This document shows, piece after piece, positions 45,094 to 59,097 of a DNA stretch of 64,000 nt. The DNA is from Cladosporium halotolerans. Its lineage: Eukaryota. A program made the position numbers and the translations under genes. Position 1 is the stretch's first letter. Every line of letters starts with the position of its first letter. A model generated the notes under the pieces. It was not told where the DNA came from and made no database searches. It saw nothing but the letters and a program-made list of their open reading frames with translations. Location of the stretch: assembly GCF_011745625.1 (NCBI RefSeq), contig NW_027191455.1, forward strand, positions 496,001-560,000. Reading direction: 5' to 3'.

Positions 45094-48000
45094 ATGGCGA
45101 GCTGGATCCCAAGCTCCATCCAAAAGCGGCTGCTGCGCTACGCACTCAACCGATCCGGTCTCCTCGATGTCACTGGGATCGACCTCGATAACCTTGACAT
45201 CAGGTGGGGACGTAGGTCGACACTGGAGTTCAAGAACGTAGGACTGAACGTCGAGTACCTATCGGGCCTAGCCCACCTGCCTCCGAACTTGCGCCTTGAA
45301 TCCGCGAGGATCTTGTTACTACGCTTGACGATACCCGCAGACCTTTTGAATTCGAGCATCTCTGTACTTTTGGATGGAGTGGAGATTGCCGCTAGGCTTG
45401 TTGAAGAGGAGGACAGAACATCTGCAGGGGCCGCGCGTGTGTCCGGAAGCGCGCAGAGCCCGTCACACAGAAAGACGACAAGGAGAATACACTCGCCTCC
45501 GCCGAGGCGTCATGGCGAAAGCCGCTTGCCTACAGCGGAAGATTTGGCAAAATCATTTCTTGCGGAAGAGCCTCCGGAAGAGCGTCAGGAGCTGGAAGCC
45601 TCAGTCGCGGCCAACTCAAAACCCATGGACGAATCCATATTCAGCGAGAGTAGCGACGGAAGCGACGTGGGTACTGGAGCAGCACCTGGTCTGCCTGGGT
45701 TCCTGTCGCACTGGCTACAGCGACTGGTTGACAGATTTCAATTAACGACCCGCGGCGTGCACGTCTCGCTGGACGTTGAATCTTCCTCCGAGAATTTCGA
45801 TGCGGCGCCGACCAGTGTCATCGCGAAGCTCGATTCTCTAGATCTGCTTGCTGTACCTGACGGTTCTACCAAACGAGAAGTGAAACTCGGCAAGTTTTCG
45901 ATCGAGCTCGTGGCCGACACTCAGCTTCTCTCCAGCCTCTCGCATGTTTCATCTCCCGCTTCTCCTACAACTAGTCGCGTGACCAAATCCAGTCGGCAAT
46001 CCGATAGCGCTCGTGCATCAAGTCAATCAAATACTGCATCTGACCACCACTATCCGATGTCAAGCAATGATCTACTCTCCAGGTCTATCAATGAAGGTGT
46101 AGAGGAGCACACCGCCGCCTTCATGCAATCCAATACAAGCAGCCTGAGCGACATAGCTGATGAAGGTCAATCGCAAAGCTTCACTCAAGAAGCTGACATT
46201 CAAATGGGAGAATATAACATTAGCTGGACCTCTCGGCGCAGCCGAGGCGACGGTCCCACAGACGACCCTTGGAACCAACCAACAGAAGATGATCTCCCTG
46301 ACTCACTTCTCTTGGGAATGAACCAACCACTGCCACAGTCGCGCTCCTCTGCTGCCTCGAGCTCACCCAGTCGGAGCAGGCGACCAATGTCTCCTTACGA
46401 CCGAGGCTTCCAGAGTCCCGGATCGTGGCCACGTGCAGAGGAAAGTCCTCAGAGAAGTCGCATGCACCAAGGTCCAGGGTCTTGGCCTGCACTGGATCAA
46501 AGTCAGCACAGCATGTTTCAGTCTGTCGTGGCAGCCGCCGCTGACGAATCACCCGACCTCGCCGAAAACATTCGAAATCCGCTTGACACATCTCTAGATG
46601 AGTTACGTCGTTCTCAACTCGTGTCCTCGCCTGCGCAGTCCGCTGAAGAGAAAGACGTGCCTGGCCTTGAGCAATCTCGCTACTTCAGTCACGAAGAAGC
46701 TAAAAGTATCTATATGAGTGCCGTGGTTGACAACGACAACGATCAAAACCAGATGCCTGGTGCCTGGGAATCGGACATTGCATCAAGCGTGGCTCCTGAG
46801 GAATCTGCGAAACTCGAGGGAATCCCACAGTTTGACGAGGACCCTTCTAATTCACAGGTTTCTTCGATAGATCCTGAAACCCCTGAGACGCATGATGACC
46901 CCAATGTGCATTCAGAAGCTGCGACTCCGAGAGCGGGCACACCATCTCTTCCTAATACGTCAGGCGTACATTACGTGCCACCGGATGACAGAAAGTCGAC
47001 CCTTCAGCTACTGTTTGTCGACACAGTATCTATTTTCGTATCCCAGTCCGCACCGGCGACGGTCGAGGCTCCCGCAGCACCCGCATCCCCCTCCATGATC
47101 GCGTCGCAAGCTGGCACACGGAGCTTGTCAATGTCCAGACCTGACATCCCAGGCGCATTCTCTGTCTACTCACAGATCTCAAGCTCGCAAAGGCGCGGCG
47201 AAGCCTCTTCAACAATCGGACGGGACGTGCCTGCTGCACAGCCACCAACAGCTTTGCCCTCGAACAATGTTGCTCCCGCCCTGGAAATACAAGTCGGTAC
47301 AATCAAGCTACAGGCGGATCTTTCAACTGTACAGCTTCTCTATAAGCTGAGCTCTGTGCTGCCAGGTGCACCAGAAAGCGACAATAAAGCTCAGAACAAA
47401 GAAGGAAAGCAAGAAATGCATCTGTCAATGTCCGTTGAGCGGTTTCATGCATCTCTCCATCAACAAATTGAGCATCGTCTTGACCTGAAACATGAGAGAA
47501 CCATCGATGTCGGGCTATTGAATCTCAGCATTCATCGCATCCGTGTTGATAGAGCACCATCTCAACAAAGCATTCGGCTGGGTATTTTGCAGTATAATGT
47601 TGGCGGCATGACAGTGCTGTCTTTCGACCAGGATCTGCCAGCTTTGGCAGAAAGCATGATCTTTGAAGACGATTTGCGTTTGTCTATTGACACAAGCAAG
47701 CGTACAAATCTGGACCGTCCGATCTCCAACATAGATATCAAGAGCCGACCAATCCGCATCGAGGTCGACCTTAGCGCGCTTGACATAGTCTTCAATGATT
47801 TTGGAGGAATCTCTGGAGTCCTGGACATCGGCAACTCCATTGCATCGAATGCTTCGCCATCGAATTCACCAGCGATTCCCGACCGATCGCAACGCGTGCG
47901 CTTTGAGGATGATGCTCAAGCAACCGCTACCTCTACAGAATACAAGGTAAACGCAAGCATAGCAGGCCTCACGACGGTGCTCGGCGCAGACTCGACCGCC

Positions 48001-51000
48001 GTCGTTCTGCAGTCATCTCCAATCAAAGCAGTTTACCGAGAGAAGGCGGCTTCTGTCCGATTTTCCAACTCACTGAGGCTTAGCGGACCATATCGCGATG
48101 GCAGCAATCACGCTCCTGTTCACGTTGACGTGGCGGGTCTATGGGTCTATTACTTCTTCACACCTCAGGAGCCGGATCTTGAGCGTCTGCTGGCGCTGAT
48201 CACGCCATCAAAGGACAAGTATGACAACGACGACGACATCCTGATTGAAACGCTTTTGCGACAGAGACGGAAAGGCGCTTGTCTTCGAGTGAACATTGAT
48301 GATATTAGGGCGAAGATTGACGACATGGCATGTCTGGATTCCCTGCAGGCACTTGGTACACAGTTTTCACGCCTGTCCGCGGTGACGAAGTATCTTCCCG
48401 AAGATGAGCGGCCAGGGTTGCTGAGTCTCGTCCGCGTCAAGCAAGTTGAGGCGAGGGTGCCTGTCAATGAACGCTTTGGAATAATGCGCGTGGCTTTCAG
48501 AGAATTACAGTGTGCTCATGTCGGTCTTCCGGCTTTGCTGGCATTATCACTGTCCAATATCAGCATGGGAAGAGCCGGCGGTCCCGAACTCGTTCATGCG
48601 CTCGTACCGCTAACCGGCGGCGATGATTTGCCCATGGTTATGGCCAGAGTGCTAGGCGATGAGGTCGAGCCAGTTGCGAAGATCAAGCTCTACAACGTCT
48701 GCGTAGAGTATAGCGTGGCGACTTTACTGGATCTGACAGGCAAGGGCCCAGACAGTGACGCGGAAGAGATCATCACGGAGCTGGCAACATCTGTTGCAGA
48801 TTTGGCTCTCGGCGGACAAGAAGAGGACTGCGACCAGAGCGAAGTGACTCGAAGCGAACGTAAACTGCGCCTACATTTGCTGCTGCACAACTCTGCTGTA
48901 GGACTGACTCCTCAGAAGTCTCCTTCGAAGGGTCTCTTCATCTTGACGGACGCTCGACTCTCAACTATTGTGCCTGCATGCGACCCCATGGATGTCAATC
49001 TCGACCTTAGGCAGGCAGGCATTTTAATCACCGATGATGCCCTCGCTTCAAAATCTGCTGAACTCCAGGCTCCGCGCCGCAATCCTCCTGAGAGCACGGT
49101 AGTTGACGCTCGTGTATTGAACATGCTGTGGAAGGAAGGCTACGCGTCGGTCGGCTCAATCATGTCAGCCGTCATCAACACTCGCGTGAAGAAAGGCGTC
49201 CAGGGCGGGCAGGACTCGATCGAGGTGGACATTCGCAACGACTTCTTTCTCCTTGAAACTTGTGCAGATTCGACTCAGTCACTAACGGCAATCTTGGGCG
49301 GTCTCGCACCTCCCACGCCTCCAAGCAAACAGCCGAAGTATCTCACGGAGCCCATAACGCTCGATGACATGATCTCATCCCTCAGTGGCGACGCTTACGC
49401 CCAGCCAGAAAGGCCGATCGAGACCTTGTTCGATGCTGAAGACCCGCAAGATCCTGAGAGCGATTTCGCCGACGACCCAGATGGCATGCTCATGGATGCC
49501 GACATGAGTGAAAGCCTGTACGGGCCTGTCAGTGGCTTGATGGGGGATCTCGATGCAGACCAGCAGACAGACGCGGACTATGGAGAGACAGTGGAGAGCC
49601 TGCTTGAGGACGATCCTTTCGAGATGACAAATTCCCCTGACGACATGCCTTTCAGCGACAGTGCTCTCCTGCGAGACCTTCGGCAACAAGCCATGCCCGT
49701 GAAGCATCCCGAGCCAGTAGATCTTGGGAACTATGAGATCGAGGACTTGGGCTTTGATGCTCTTGGTGTAGAAGAGAAGGCCCTGGGAACAAAGCACCGG
49801 TTCAGCGCACCTACCTCTCGAAGGAACGTTGGGAGCAACGGCGCGTTTAAGAAGCAGCTGCCGTTCAAACTAAGACTGCGTGACGTGAACGCCACCTGGC
49901 ATATGCATGATGGATACGACTGGCAGAAGACCCGGGATGGCATTACTGCTGCTGTTGAACATGTGGAGCAGCGAGCCGAAGAAAGGCTGGCTCGGCGCCG
50001 CCAGGCACGAGTCGAGCCTGAAGATGAGGAGTCTACCATCGGAGACTGCATGTTCAACTCTGTCTACATCACCGTGCCGAACAATATCACGGAAGCACCA
50101 GATATCAGACGAGGCATCAACCGTCAAATCGACGATTTTGCCAGCGAGACAGAGAGTATGCCAGTTTCTGGCATGTCGAGACCCACCACTTACTCGGCCG
50201 GTGGAAGACCAATCCGCCCAACGACTCGCAGACGTCTGAAGCTGGAGCGCAGCCGTTACCACAAGGTCTCTTTCGAATTGAAGGGCGTCTCGGTCGACAT
50301 GAACGCATTACCGCCGGACAGCGGTGAGCTGCAAAGCTCCATCGATATTCGCCTAAAGCAGTTCGAGATCTTCGACAACGTCCCGACATCCACATGGAAG
50401 AAGTTCCTCACACAACAGCACCAGCATGGCACGCAGGAAATCGACAGACCTATGGTCCACATCGAACTCCTGAACAAGAAGACGATCCAGGAGCGTGACG
50501 CAACAGACCTCATGATCCACGTGGCCATTCAACCTCTGCGCCTACACGTCGACCAAGACGCACTGGACTTCATCACCCGCTTCACCGAATTCAAAGACAG
50601 CTCTGCCGACCCGCCCTCTCCATCCGACCAACCCTTTCTCTCCCGCGTCGAAGTCGACACCGTCGACCTCCAGCTCGACTACAAGCCCAAGAAAGTCGAC
50701 TACGTCGGCCTGCGCTCCGGCCACACCAACGAATTCATGAACTTCGTCATCCTCGACGCCGCCCCCATCCGCCTGCGCCACGCCATCGTCTACGGCATCC
50801 GCGGCTTCGAGCCCTTGCACAAGACCCTCAACGACGTCTGGATGCCCGACGTCAAGCGCAACCAGCTCCCCACCATCCTCTCCGCCCTCGCGCCCGTCCG
50901 CAGCCTCGCGAACCTCGGCTCCGGCGTCCGCGACGTCGTCGCCATCCCCATTCGCGAGTATCGCCGCGACGGCCGCGTCGTGCGCTCCGTCCGCAAGGGC

Positions 51001-51541
51001 GCCTTCCACTTCGGCAAAACCACCGCCTCCGAGCTCGCCCGCCTCGGCGCCAAAGTCGCGATAGGAACGCAGACTCTGCTCGCCGGCGCGGAGGGCTTGC
51101 TCGCCTCCCCCAGTCCCCCCGCCGTTGCGCCCGGCGAAGACGACGACGCCGAGCCCCGCGCTTTCAGCGCCTACGCCGACCAGCCGCTCGGCGTCTTCGC
51201 GGGGCTGCGCTCCGCGCGCAGATTTCTGGAGCACGACTTACTGACGGCGCGCGACGCGCTGATCGCGGTGCAGGGCGAGGTGCTGGAGAGCGCGGGGCCG
51301 GGGGCGGCGGCCAGGGCGGTCGCGAGGCATGCGCCGACGGTGGTGCTGAGGCCGGTGATTGGGGCGAGCCGGGCGGTGGGGACGACGTTGTTGGGGGTCG
51401 GGAACCAGATTGATCGCGGTGGCGTGCGGAGGATGGAGGATGTGAGTATCTGTCTGCCTTTTGTTCCTCTTTCTGTTTCTGGCCTGGCGCCGTTCTGGAT
51501 TTCGTGCTGACTTTTCATTGCAGAAATATAAGCGGCGCTGA
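45094..51541 (+). CDS. ATG2: Autophagy-related protein 2 (lipid-transfer protein, ~2121 aa)
   Basis: N-terminal SSIQKRLLRYAL..SGLLD (Chorein-N-like). Conserved LETCADSTQSL, WHMHDGYDWQKTR, IFDNVPTSTWKKF, PLRLHVDQDALDFITRF and LDYKPKKVDYVGLRSGHTNEFMNF. Terminal intron 51442-51523 gives ...MEDKYKRR*. Confidence 0.95.
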
Positions 51542-52340
51542 AGCACGTCTGAGGCGGCTGAGAGTGGGGAGGATGGTGGAAGTGTTCACTAATGTTTCGA
51601 TATTGGCACATGCGGATTATGGCACGCGGCGTTGGTATTTGGGAAGTATAGACTGAGGATGATTCTTGGGCGATACCCTTGATTAACACGAGAATGCATT
51701 TTGGAAGACGAGCGATTGATTCCTTAGTTTCTTCTTTCCCGATTGGGCAGAGGTCTGATTGGGGCACCACATCATAGAATCAGCAGAGAAGTTGTTGCGA
51801 CCTGTCATCCCGACTCGTAGATCACGCCCAACGAGCACTTACCGTGCTGACCATCCTCGCTACGCAGCCCGAATATCTTGGTGAGCCATTTCAGGCATCA
51901 ACTACCGATCGCCACACCCCAGCCCATCAGTCAGCATGCACCCTAGATATAAGGTGGCATTTCCCCGTACTGCCATGATCCTTGCTCCACTGACGACAAG
52001 GGGAACATCTCCCGGTGGCGGCAAAAAGCAAGAGCAGGCCACCAGGCTGCTGGTGAACCACCCGGACCACGAGCAATATCCGGCGGGGGTGTTAAATGCC
52101 AGTGCCACCGCGATCACCACGCACCCATGCTTAAGCTTAATGTTAATGTACTGTAGTGTAGTGCACGACTTCTCTCGCCCGGCCGTCAGATCGTGGAGCG
52201 CGACAGGGATGCCCAGGTGGTGGTGTAAGGTAGGGCTGAGCTGGCGGGACCTGCGCTGCACACGTGCGCCGGGGACGGGGCGCGCGGTGGCTATTGACTT
52301 ACAGTTCACGCTCTCTTTCGCCTTGCCTGATCTTGGGCAG

Positions 52341-52405
52341 TGGTCACGGTCGTGGTCACGGTCGTGGTCACGGTCACGGTCACGGTCATGGCTACGGTCA
52401 CGGTC
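52341..52405. repeat. Imperfect hexamer tandem repeat (CGGTCA/TGGTCA/CGGTCG), ~11 units
   Basis: tggtcacggtcgtggtcacggtcgtggtcacggtcacggtcacggtcatggctacggtcacggtc read directly. Confidence 0.8.
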
Positions 52406-54288
52406 CTCCACGGTGGTGATGACGTTGGCGGGGGATGGGTGGTAGGTGCCTCAGTGAGACACGCAGGCCCCGGGCGCGGGCTCGTACTGCGCTGCACGCA
52501 CGTACGAGAGACAGGGCAAAACGGTCGCGCACGCTGTTTTGTGTGTTTTTGCAGATGCGCGAGCAGCGCTCCAGACGTGAGGTCTCAGACATCCGCGAGG
52601 CGGTGCTGCTGATCGCAGGTCGGGAAGTCGGAAAGGAGTAGCTGACTTCCGGGCCTACCCCAGGTACGAAGGTACGCGCAGCCGGAAAGTGCAGGACCGC
52701 GAGCCATGACGGCTGGACTATTGGCTCTCTCGTGGGCGTTTCAGGTGGTGAGGTGCCAGGGGCATGCCTGCTCGCGATGGGCTGCGGCGGCGGTCCGATG
52801 GGCGGGCGGGAAGTCAATGCGTAGGGTGGAGTCGCGAGAGGCTCGTGCTTGGCGCGTTGGGTTTAGATGTCGCTAGCGTTCGAGCAGTTGGCTGGAGGTG
52901 GTGCTGCGTGCTATAGGGCTTGCTGTGGGAGTATATGCTCGAATGGTATTTTGGGCGCGAGAGGGTTCGCGCTGTCGGTTTGACTATTGGAGATAGCGAA
53001 TGGATCTCGCCCGGACGAGACATCAGGGGCCGTTCTGCGATGCCCGAGGCGAGATGACATGTCTGACTCTGCGGCGCGTGGGCGAGACGCTTTCGGTGCT
53101 TGCTCTACGCGTCTGGGGCATGGTTCGTTAGGTTTGTCTCGCGCCTGCGGTACAACAATGCGCCTCTGAGCTCATGAGGGGCGGCATGCGATGCGGGAAT
53201 GACGGCGGTGCCAGTGGGTAAGCACCTCGCTGCCGGTGTGTCTGTTGTGTTTGGCATGTGAAGGCTACGTTACAGTACAGTACTGCGACGGCAGCATAGC
53301 GCACATGGCTGGGAGTTGCGTGACTGCCGCCCGCACACGCCGTCCATGCTCGCCGCACGCGCCCAACGCGCCTGTCGTGGCCGCTTGGCGCCATCATCAT
53401 CGACGGCGACATCGACGAGAGGGTGGTGCAGGGGCCGTGGGCAGGGCGGCGGCGTGGGCGTGGGCGTGGGCGTGTGAACGTGCGGCGGCGTGGCTCGCTG
53501 CTCGGAGATTAGGGCGCAGCCCAGCCACCTGCAACCGCCGCCAGCGCCAGCGAGCGACGCTGCGCTCGACTCGGGTCGATGCGCAACTCCTGGCCCACCC
53601 GCCCCAGCCTGCCGCTATCTCTCTGCTGCACCTCCACCACCACCGCCGCCGCCGCCTCCTCCTCCTCTTCTGGCGTCAAGCGAGTGCACGTCGCCGCCCT
53701 CCCTCCCTCCGTCCGCCGTGCACGTGAGCCAGCAGCGACGACCCGCCCGGCCTCGCGACCGCACTGCGCCCTCACGCCGCCTCGCCCACCCACGCGCTCG
53801 CGCTTACTCGCGCCCTGCAGCACGCAGCAGCCTCCTGCGGCCCAGACACCGATCCCAGCTTGTCTGCGCAGCAACCGCCCAAGTCGCCTCTGCCCGTGCC
53901 GTCCAGCGCCCGCCGCCGCCGCTGCCGTGCAGTAACAACAGAAGGAGACAGCGCGACCTGACCGCGTTTTGCTTGTGACCTGCTGCCCGCCCAATCGTCG
54001 CCAGCCGACCACCGCCAGCACGCACTCCGCCCACCGCAACCCGCGCGCACCACGCTCGTTACCACGACCGCGCCCGAATCCTGCCCTGTTTATCCCGGCC
54101 CGCCGCCGCGCACATCGACACTCTGCATCCTCTGTTGCTGTTTCGCTTACCGAGCCTGCATGATACCGTGTAGCGCATGCTTTTGCATAGGTCCGACTCC
54201 CGCATATCCCGATCTCCACAGACCGACTCCTTCCTCGAGAGCCAGGAGTCCAGCAGCGCGCGAGTGAGGCCTGGCATTCCCCAGAGCC

Positions 54289-57200
54289 ATGTCTTCGGCT
54301 GCAGTGCAGCAGAGCGGCACGCCTCAGCAATACCAGCAGCCACTCTACTCTTCCGAACACACCGCCAGTCTTCCACCGACTTCGCCAGTCTCTCGGCGGA
54401 ACGGGAGAAACAGCACCGACGCTGCCGCCTATGGAGTCCCAGGATCACCATCAAGAATGACACCGTCCCGCACGCCTCACGACGAGATGTCTAATTCGAC
54501 ATACGAGCGTTTCTACCCCGACTCGGCGGGCTCGAGAGGGCAGCACGCCGCATTGCCCATACGTACCTCCGCTCAGCCGCCCGCACAGTCACCTACGGCG
54601 GCGTCATATGATAACCGACCATACAGCGCAAGAGCGACGTACGACGGCACAGGGTACAGCAGTCAGGATGACCGCGACAGGCGGCGTAGCCACCGCTCAC
54701 CGCACGACTCTCCTGCCCAGCCTAGCAGTAGCCGCAGCCAGCGGTCACGTCAGGTACCCGCACAGAGTCGATCACAGACCGCTGTTGGCCAGCCGCCAGT
54801 TAACACGGAGCTGCCCCGCGAGAACAGTACCGTGATCAACCGCATTGTCGTTGACGACCCTTCCTCAGATGTTGCTCGCGAGAATGCCCGGATCGCGGAG
54901 GCACGTCCGCATACAGTCGGCACCGAGATGGCTCCACCGGGCGGCCTTGGGCTGGTAGGAGAATCAGGTGTGCCGGATTCTAGCCGACCCTCTTCTAACC
55001 AGCGTAGTCGACAAGAGCATCTCAAGGGATCCTCCCACCGCAAAGAGGTCAAGTTCGGTGACTACATCCTCGGGCAAACGCTGGGTGAGGGTGAGTTCGG
55101 CAAGGTGAAAATGGGTTGGAAGAAGGACGGCGGAGTGCAGGTGGCTATCAAGCTGATCAGGAAAGAGAGTCTTGCGGGTAATGCGACTCGCTTGCCCAAA
55201 ATATACCGCGAGATCTCCATCCTCAAGGAGCTGCAACACCCGAATATTGTTCGCTTGCACGAATTCGTCGAGACGGAGCGACACATGGGAATCATTCTCG
55301 AGTACGCATCCGGGGGTGAGCTTTTCGACTACATCCTGAACCACCGCTATCTGAAAGATCCGGCCGCGAGACGGCTATTTGCTCAGCTGGTATCTGGTGT
55401 CGGGTACCTGCATAAAAAGGGTATTGTACACCGCGACTTGAAGCTCGAGAACTTGCTGCTGGATCGACACAAGAACATCATCATCACTGATTTTGGCTTT
55501 GCAAACACCTTCAACCCTAGAGACGAACTCAGCCAGATGCAAGAAGACCGGGTCAGCGATAAGGACTTCGTTAAGCGGGAAGGCCTTGACATCCAGAACA
55601 AGGAAGGTTTCAGGCGAGGCGATCTGATGCAGACAAGCTGTGGCAGCCCTTGTTACGCCGCGCCCGAGCTTGTTGTTAGTGACGGCTTGTACACGGGCAG
55701 GAAAGTGGACGTTTGGAGTTGCGGTGTCATTCTGGTGAGTCTAGAAGTGATTCTGATGTTCTTTACATTGCGTCACGCCTATTGAACGCACACCGTCTGA
55801 TTTCAGAGAACTAATTAAATCACAGTACGCCATGCTTGCCGGATACCTTCCTTTCGACGACGATCCCGCCAACCCGGAGGGTGACAACATCAACCTTCTC
55901 TACAAATACATTGTTTCGACACCCCTTACTTTCCCCGAGTACGTCACGCCACACGCCCGTGACCTTTTGCGACGCATTCTTGTGCCGGATCCCCGAAGAC
56001 GCGCGGATCTTTTCGAAGTCGCCAGGCATAGCTGGCTTAGCGAGTACAGTCATGTTGTTGGATTCATTGGTAGCAATAACAAGGGTGAGGAGATTATCAA
56101 GTCAGCACAGACACCAGAGCCGGAGCCCGTTGCGCTCGGTCGCAGCGCTTCGGTCAGGGAACCTCAAAGCAGGACTCCATCCGCGTCTGCTGCTACTTCC
56201 AAGCAGCAGCCTTTGGAGACATTGGAGGAACGCAAGACCACACGCGACGCAAAGAGAAGGACCGTCCAAGTCGAATATGTTGCACCAAACGCGACCCATG
56301 CCCGAGGCGAGACAAGCCCGATCCCTCCTCAGCAGGCGACCGTCCCGATTGCTGGAGCTGGCCGGACCAGGGCGAGGCCAGAGGCTCAAGGGCCTGTGGA
56401 GGTCGTTCCGTCTGCGCAAACGCAACAGGTACCACGCAAAGAGGTTGGATCTCAAGCCATGCCGCCTCCCTCACGTTCTGGCCGCGACCAAGGCAGAGCG
56501 GTCTCAGACTCGACTGCCCTGAACAACCAGCCTATTTCTACTGCCAGGCCAGTTACTCGTGGCACTCTTGCATCTCGCGGCAATTCGTACAGCCAGCCTG
56601 CCGTGGCGACGCCCACGGCCGAGAATGCGCAGGGTCACTTCTCTCGACCAAAATCCGGATCTGGTTATATCATCTCTGGATCCATGCCTCCCCCAGGCTC
56701 TTCGCCGGCGCCAGCGGATAGCATCAATGGCAGTCAGCAGAGCGTGTCGCAGATGCAACACGCCCAGCAGCTGCCGCAATCAACTCAGCGTGGCCACAAG
56801 CGCAGCTCTACGCTCGGAAGCCTCACTGACCGCGTGCTCGGACGCACCAACTCGCGCAGGCAATCGCAACAAGCACAAGAAGGTGGCACACCCACAGAGA
56901 AGAAAGACCGCAGGCACCCGCCTGTCAGCATGAAGAACACCATGGTAAACGTCGAGGATGGTGGACGCAGGCCGTCTACAGACAGTCGGCGAAGCAGCTT
57001 CCAATTCCTGCGCAAGAACTCTGAAGCGCAGGCCGACAGCCGCCGAAACAGCCGAAGGTTTTCTTTCTTGCCAGGCAGCTTGAGCATGAACAGTTTCGCC
57101 AGCAGGCCCGTCACGGAGAGTGGCCCTTCACGCAGCGGCCGCCCGTCCAGCAGGGGCATGGCCTTCGGCCGGGGCGCATCCCGCAGCCCCAGCCGCAGCG

Positions 57201-57718
57201 TGAACTCTCCCGCTCCGCAGTATCACGATGGCGATCTCCAGGCACAAAAAGCAGCGAACAGACGCTCTGGTGTCCCGCAAGACAAGGCCTTGCCTTACCT
57301 GCCTCAGCATTCCGCCCGCACTCCGCCTCCCATGCAGCAGCAGCAGCGCAAACAATACCGCGAAGATGGATACGGAAACCCGCAGCAAGAGCCCATCGAG
57401 CGCTTCTACACGCCGAATCAAGACTTCTCCGCTCTGCCATCCGCATCCTCGGAAGTCCAGCCTCACTTCCCCGCCAGCAGGTCGCCATACCCGCCCTCTG
57501 TGCAGTCTCACTCGCAGCAGCCGTACCGCGGCGACGGCTACGCGCCCGCCTCGTCTATCGGCGAGCACGACGGCGCCGAGCCCCAGATGTCGAACATCCG
57601 TCCAAACCAACGCCGCTTCGGCGACGCGTACGACAAGGGCCACGACGGAAGCAGCAGCGGCGCCAGGAGGGTGATGGACTTCTTCCGCAGGAGGGGCAGG
57701 GAGCGAGGCGGCGACTGA
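54289..57718 (+). CDS. KIN4: CAMK-like Ser/Thr protein kinase, Kin4/Ppk1/KfsA family (~1112 aa)
   Basis: FGDYILGQTLGEGEFGKVK, VAIKLIRK, HRDLKLEN, ITDFGFAN with a long activation-loop insert, TSCGSPCYAAPE. Intron 55735-55825 restores GVILYAMLAGYLPFDDDP. C-terminal ARRVMDFFRRR. Confidence 0.88.
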
Positions 57719-59097
57719 AGCCTGAGCGTGGGCTGGCTTTGCGTGGTTGTATCTTGTCCCGTTTTATGGGAGTTTCTCTTTCCTCAACTCTTCTTCTTCT
57801 AACACAACACTACTGGCATGTGTCTCTCGGACAACCGAGAGGTATTGTAATGAGCGAGCCTGAGGGGAGATCGGGGCATTTTGGCCTTCTTTCCTCATCG
57901 TCTTCACTTCTCATCGGCCGGGCTGTTACTTTTTTTTTTTGGGCCACGGGTTTGGTTTTTCCTTTTCTTTTGGGACGCACAGCGAAGGAGTTTACAAGGG
58001 CTTTTCTTTCTCTTGTTTTGTCTAATGGGAGGTTGTTACTTTAGAGAGAGAAGAGAGGTGCGGATCAGGTGCAGAGAATGCAATTATGGGATTCCTTGGT
58101 GGCTTTGTTTCCGGGATCGTTTTCCATGCTCATGCTCGTGCTCGTACTTGACTATTGTGGAAGTGAGTGGGGACGTGTTCTTCGGTAAACGGCATTCGTT
58201 TCTAAGAACGGTTATTAATAAACACCCCGGGAGTCGGCTCCGGGTGTGGGAATCAGACCCTCCACAGACGAAGGAAACGCATGCACATGCAAGCCATCTC
58301 CCCTCCACGAGGCCATCGCAACAGCCCGTCTAGGCCGCGACACACGCATCTGTACTGCACATGCACCCACGCAGCGCCACCACGTTGCCCAGGCAGGGCT
58401 GAAGTGCCCGCATTCCCTTTGCGGCCGGAGAGTTCGGTGCCGGAGGCGCGTGAGGCGCTCGGTTCGCCGCGGGGGCTGGGCCCAACTCTAATCGAGACAC
58501 ACGGTCGAGCGTTGCTGCGACGGCTTGTCTTGTCTCGTCTCCAGAGAGAGTGCTCGCCTCCTGCGCTCGCTTGCGAATCCGCGAACGCCGAGGGTTTCTG
58601 CTACCACCACCACGCCTCTCTCCCATTGCTCCCGTTCCTTTCTGCACATACACACTCCATCCCATATCGCATACCGGCCGCACGTTCACTGTATATTTTT
58701 CTTTTACTACTCGCGGAGCGTTCTTCGCTCTGGCCACTGCTGCGATCGATCTCTAGCTAGGGGATCACTCCTCGCTTCGCCACTCTCGCTTCGCTTCCGC
58801 TATCTCTTGGGTCCCTGACCTTGGACTCCTGCAACCGCACCGCACGGCACCGCAGATCGCCTCTTACCGAGGAGCCCTTCTCGGGGACACCTTCTCACCA
58901 ACTACCCTATCCACTCCCGCCGAGCGACCTGAGAAACACCAGAAACCCAACCCCAAACACCGCGCCTCGCGCAACGCGCGCCACAAAGCCTTCCCCTCCG
59001 TCGCCGCTTACAAAGAACCCCAACCCGCCTGAGGCCCCAAAATAAACATCCACGCGGACACCCGCTTTGTCGCCTCCGAAACAATCTCCCGCCCACC

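Noticed and set aside
58125..58148. Repeated TGCTC as copper-response elements for CCC2
   Set aside because: It lacks the TTT flank of the Mac1-type TTTGCTC site and lies in the likely kinase 3' UTR as a simple hexamer repeat.
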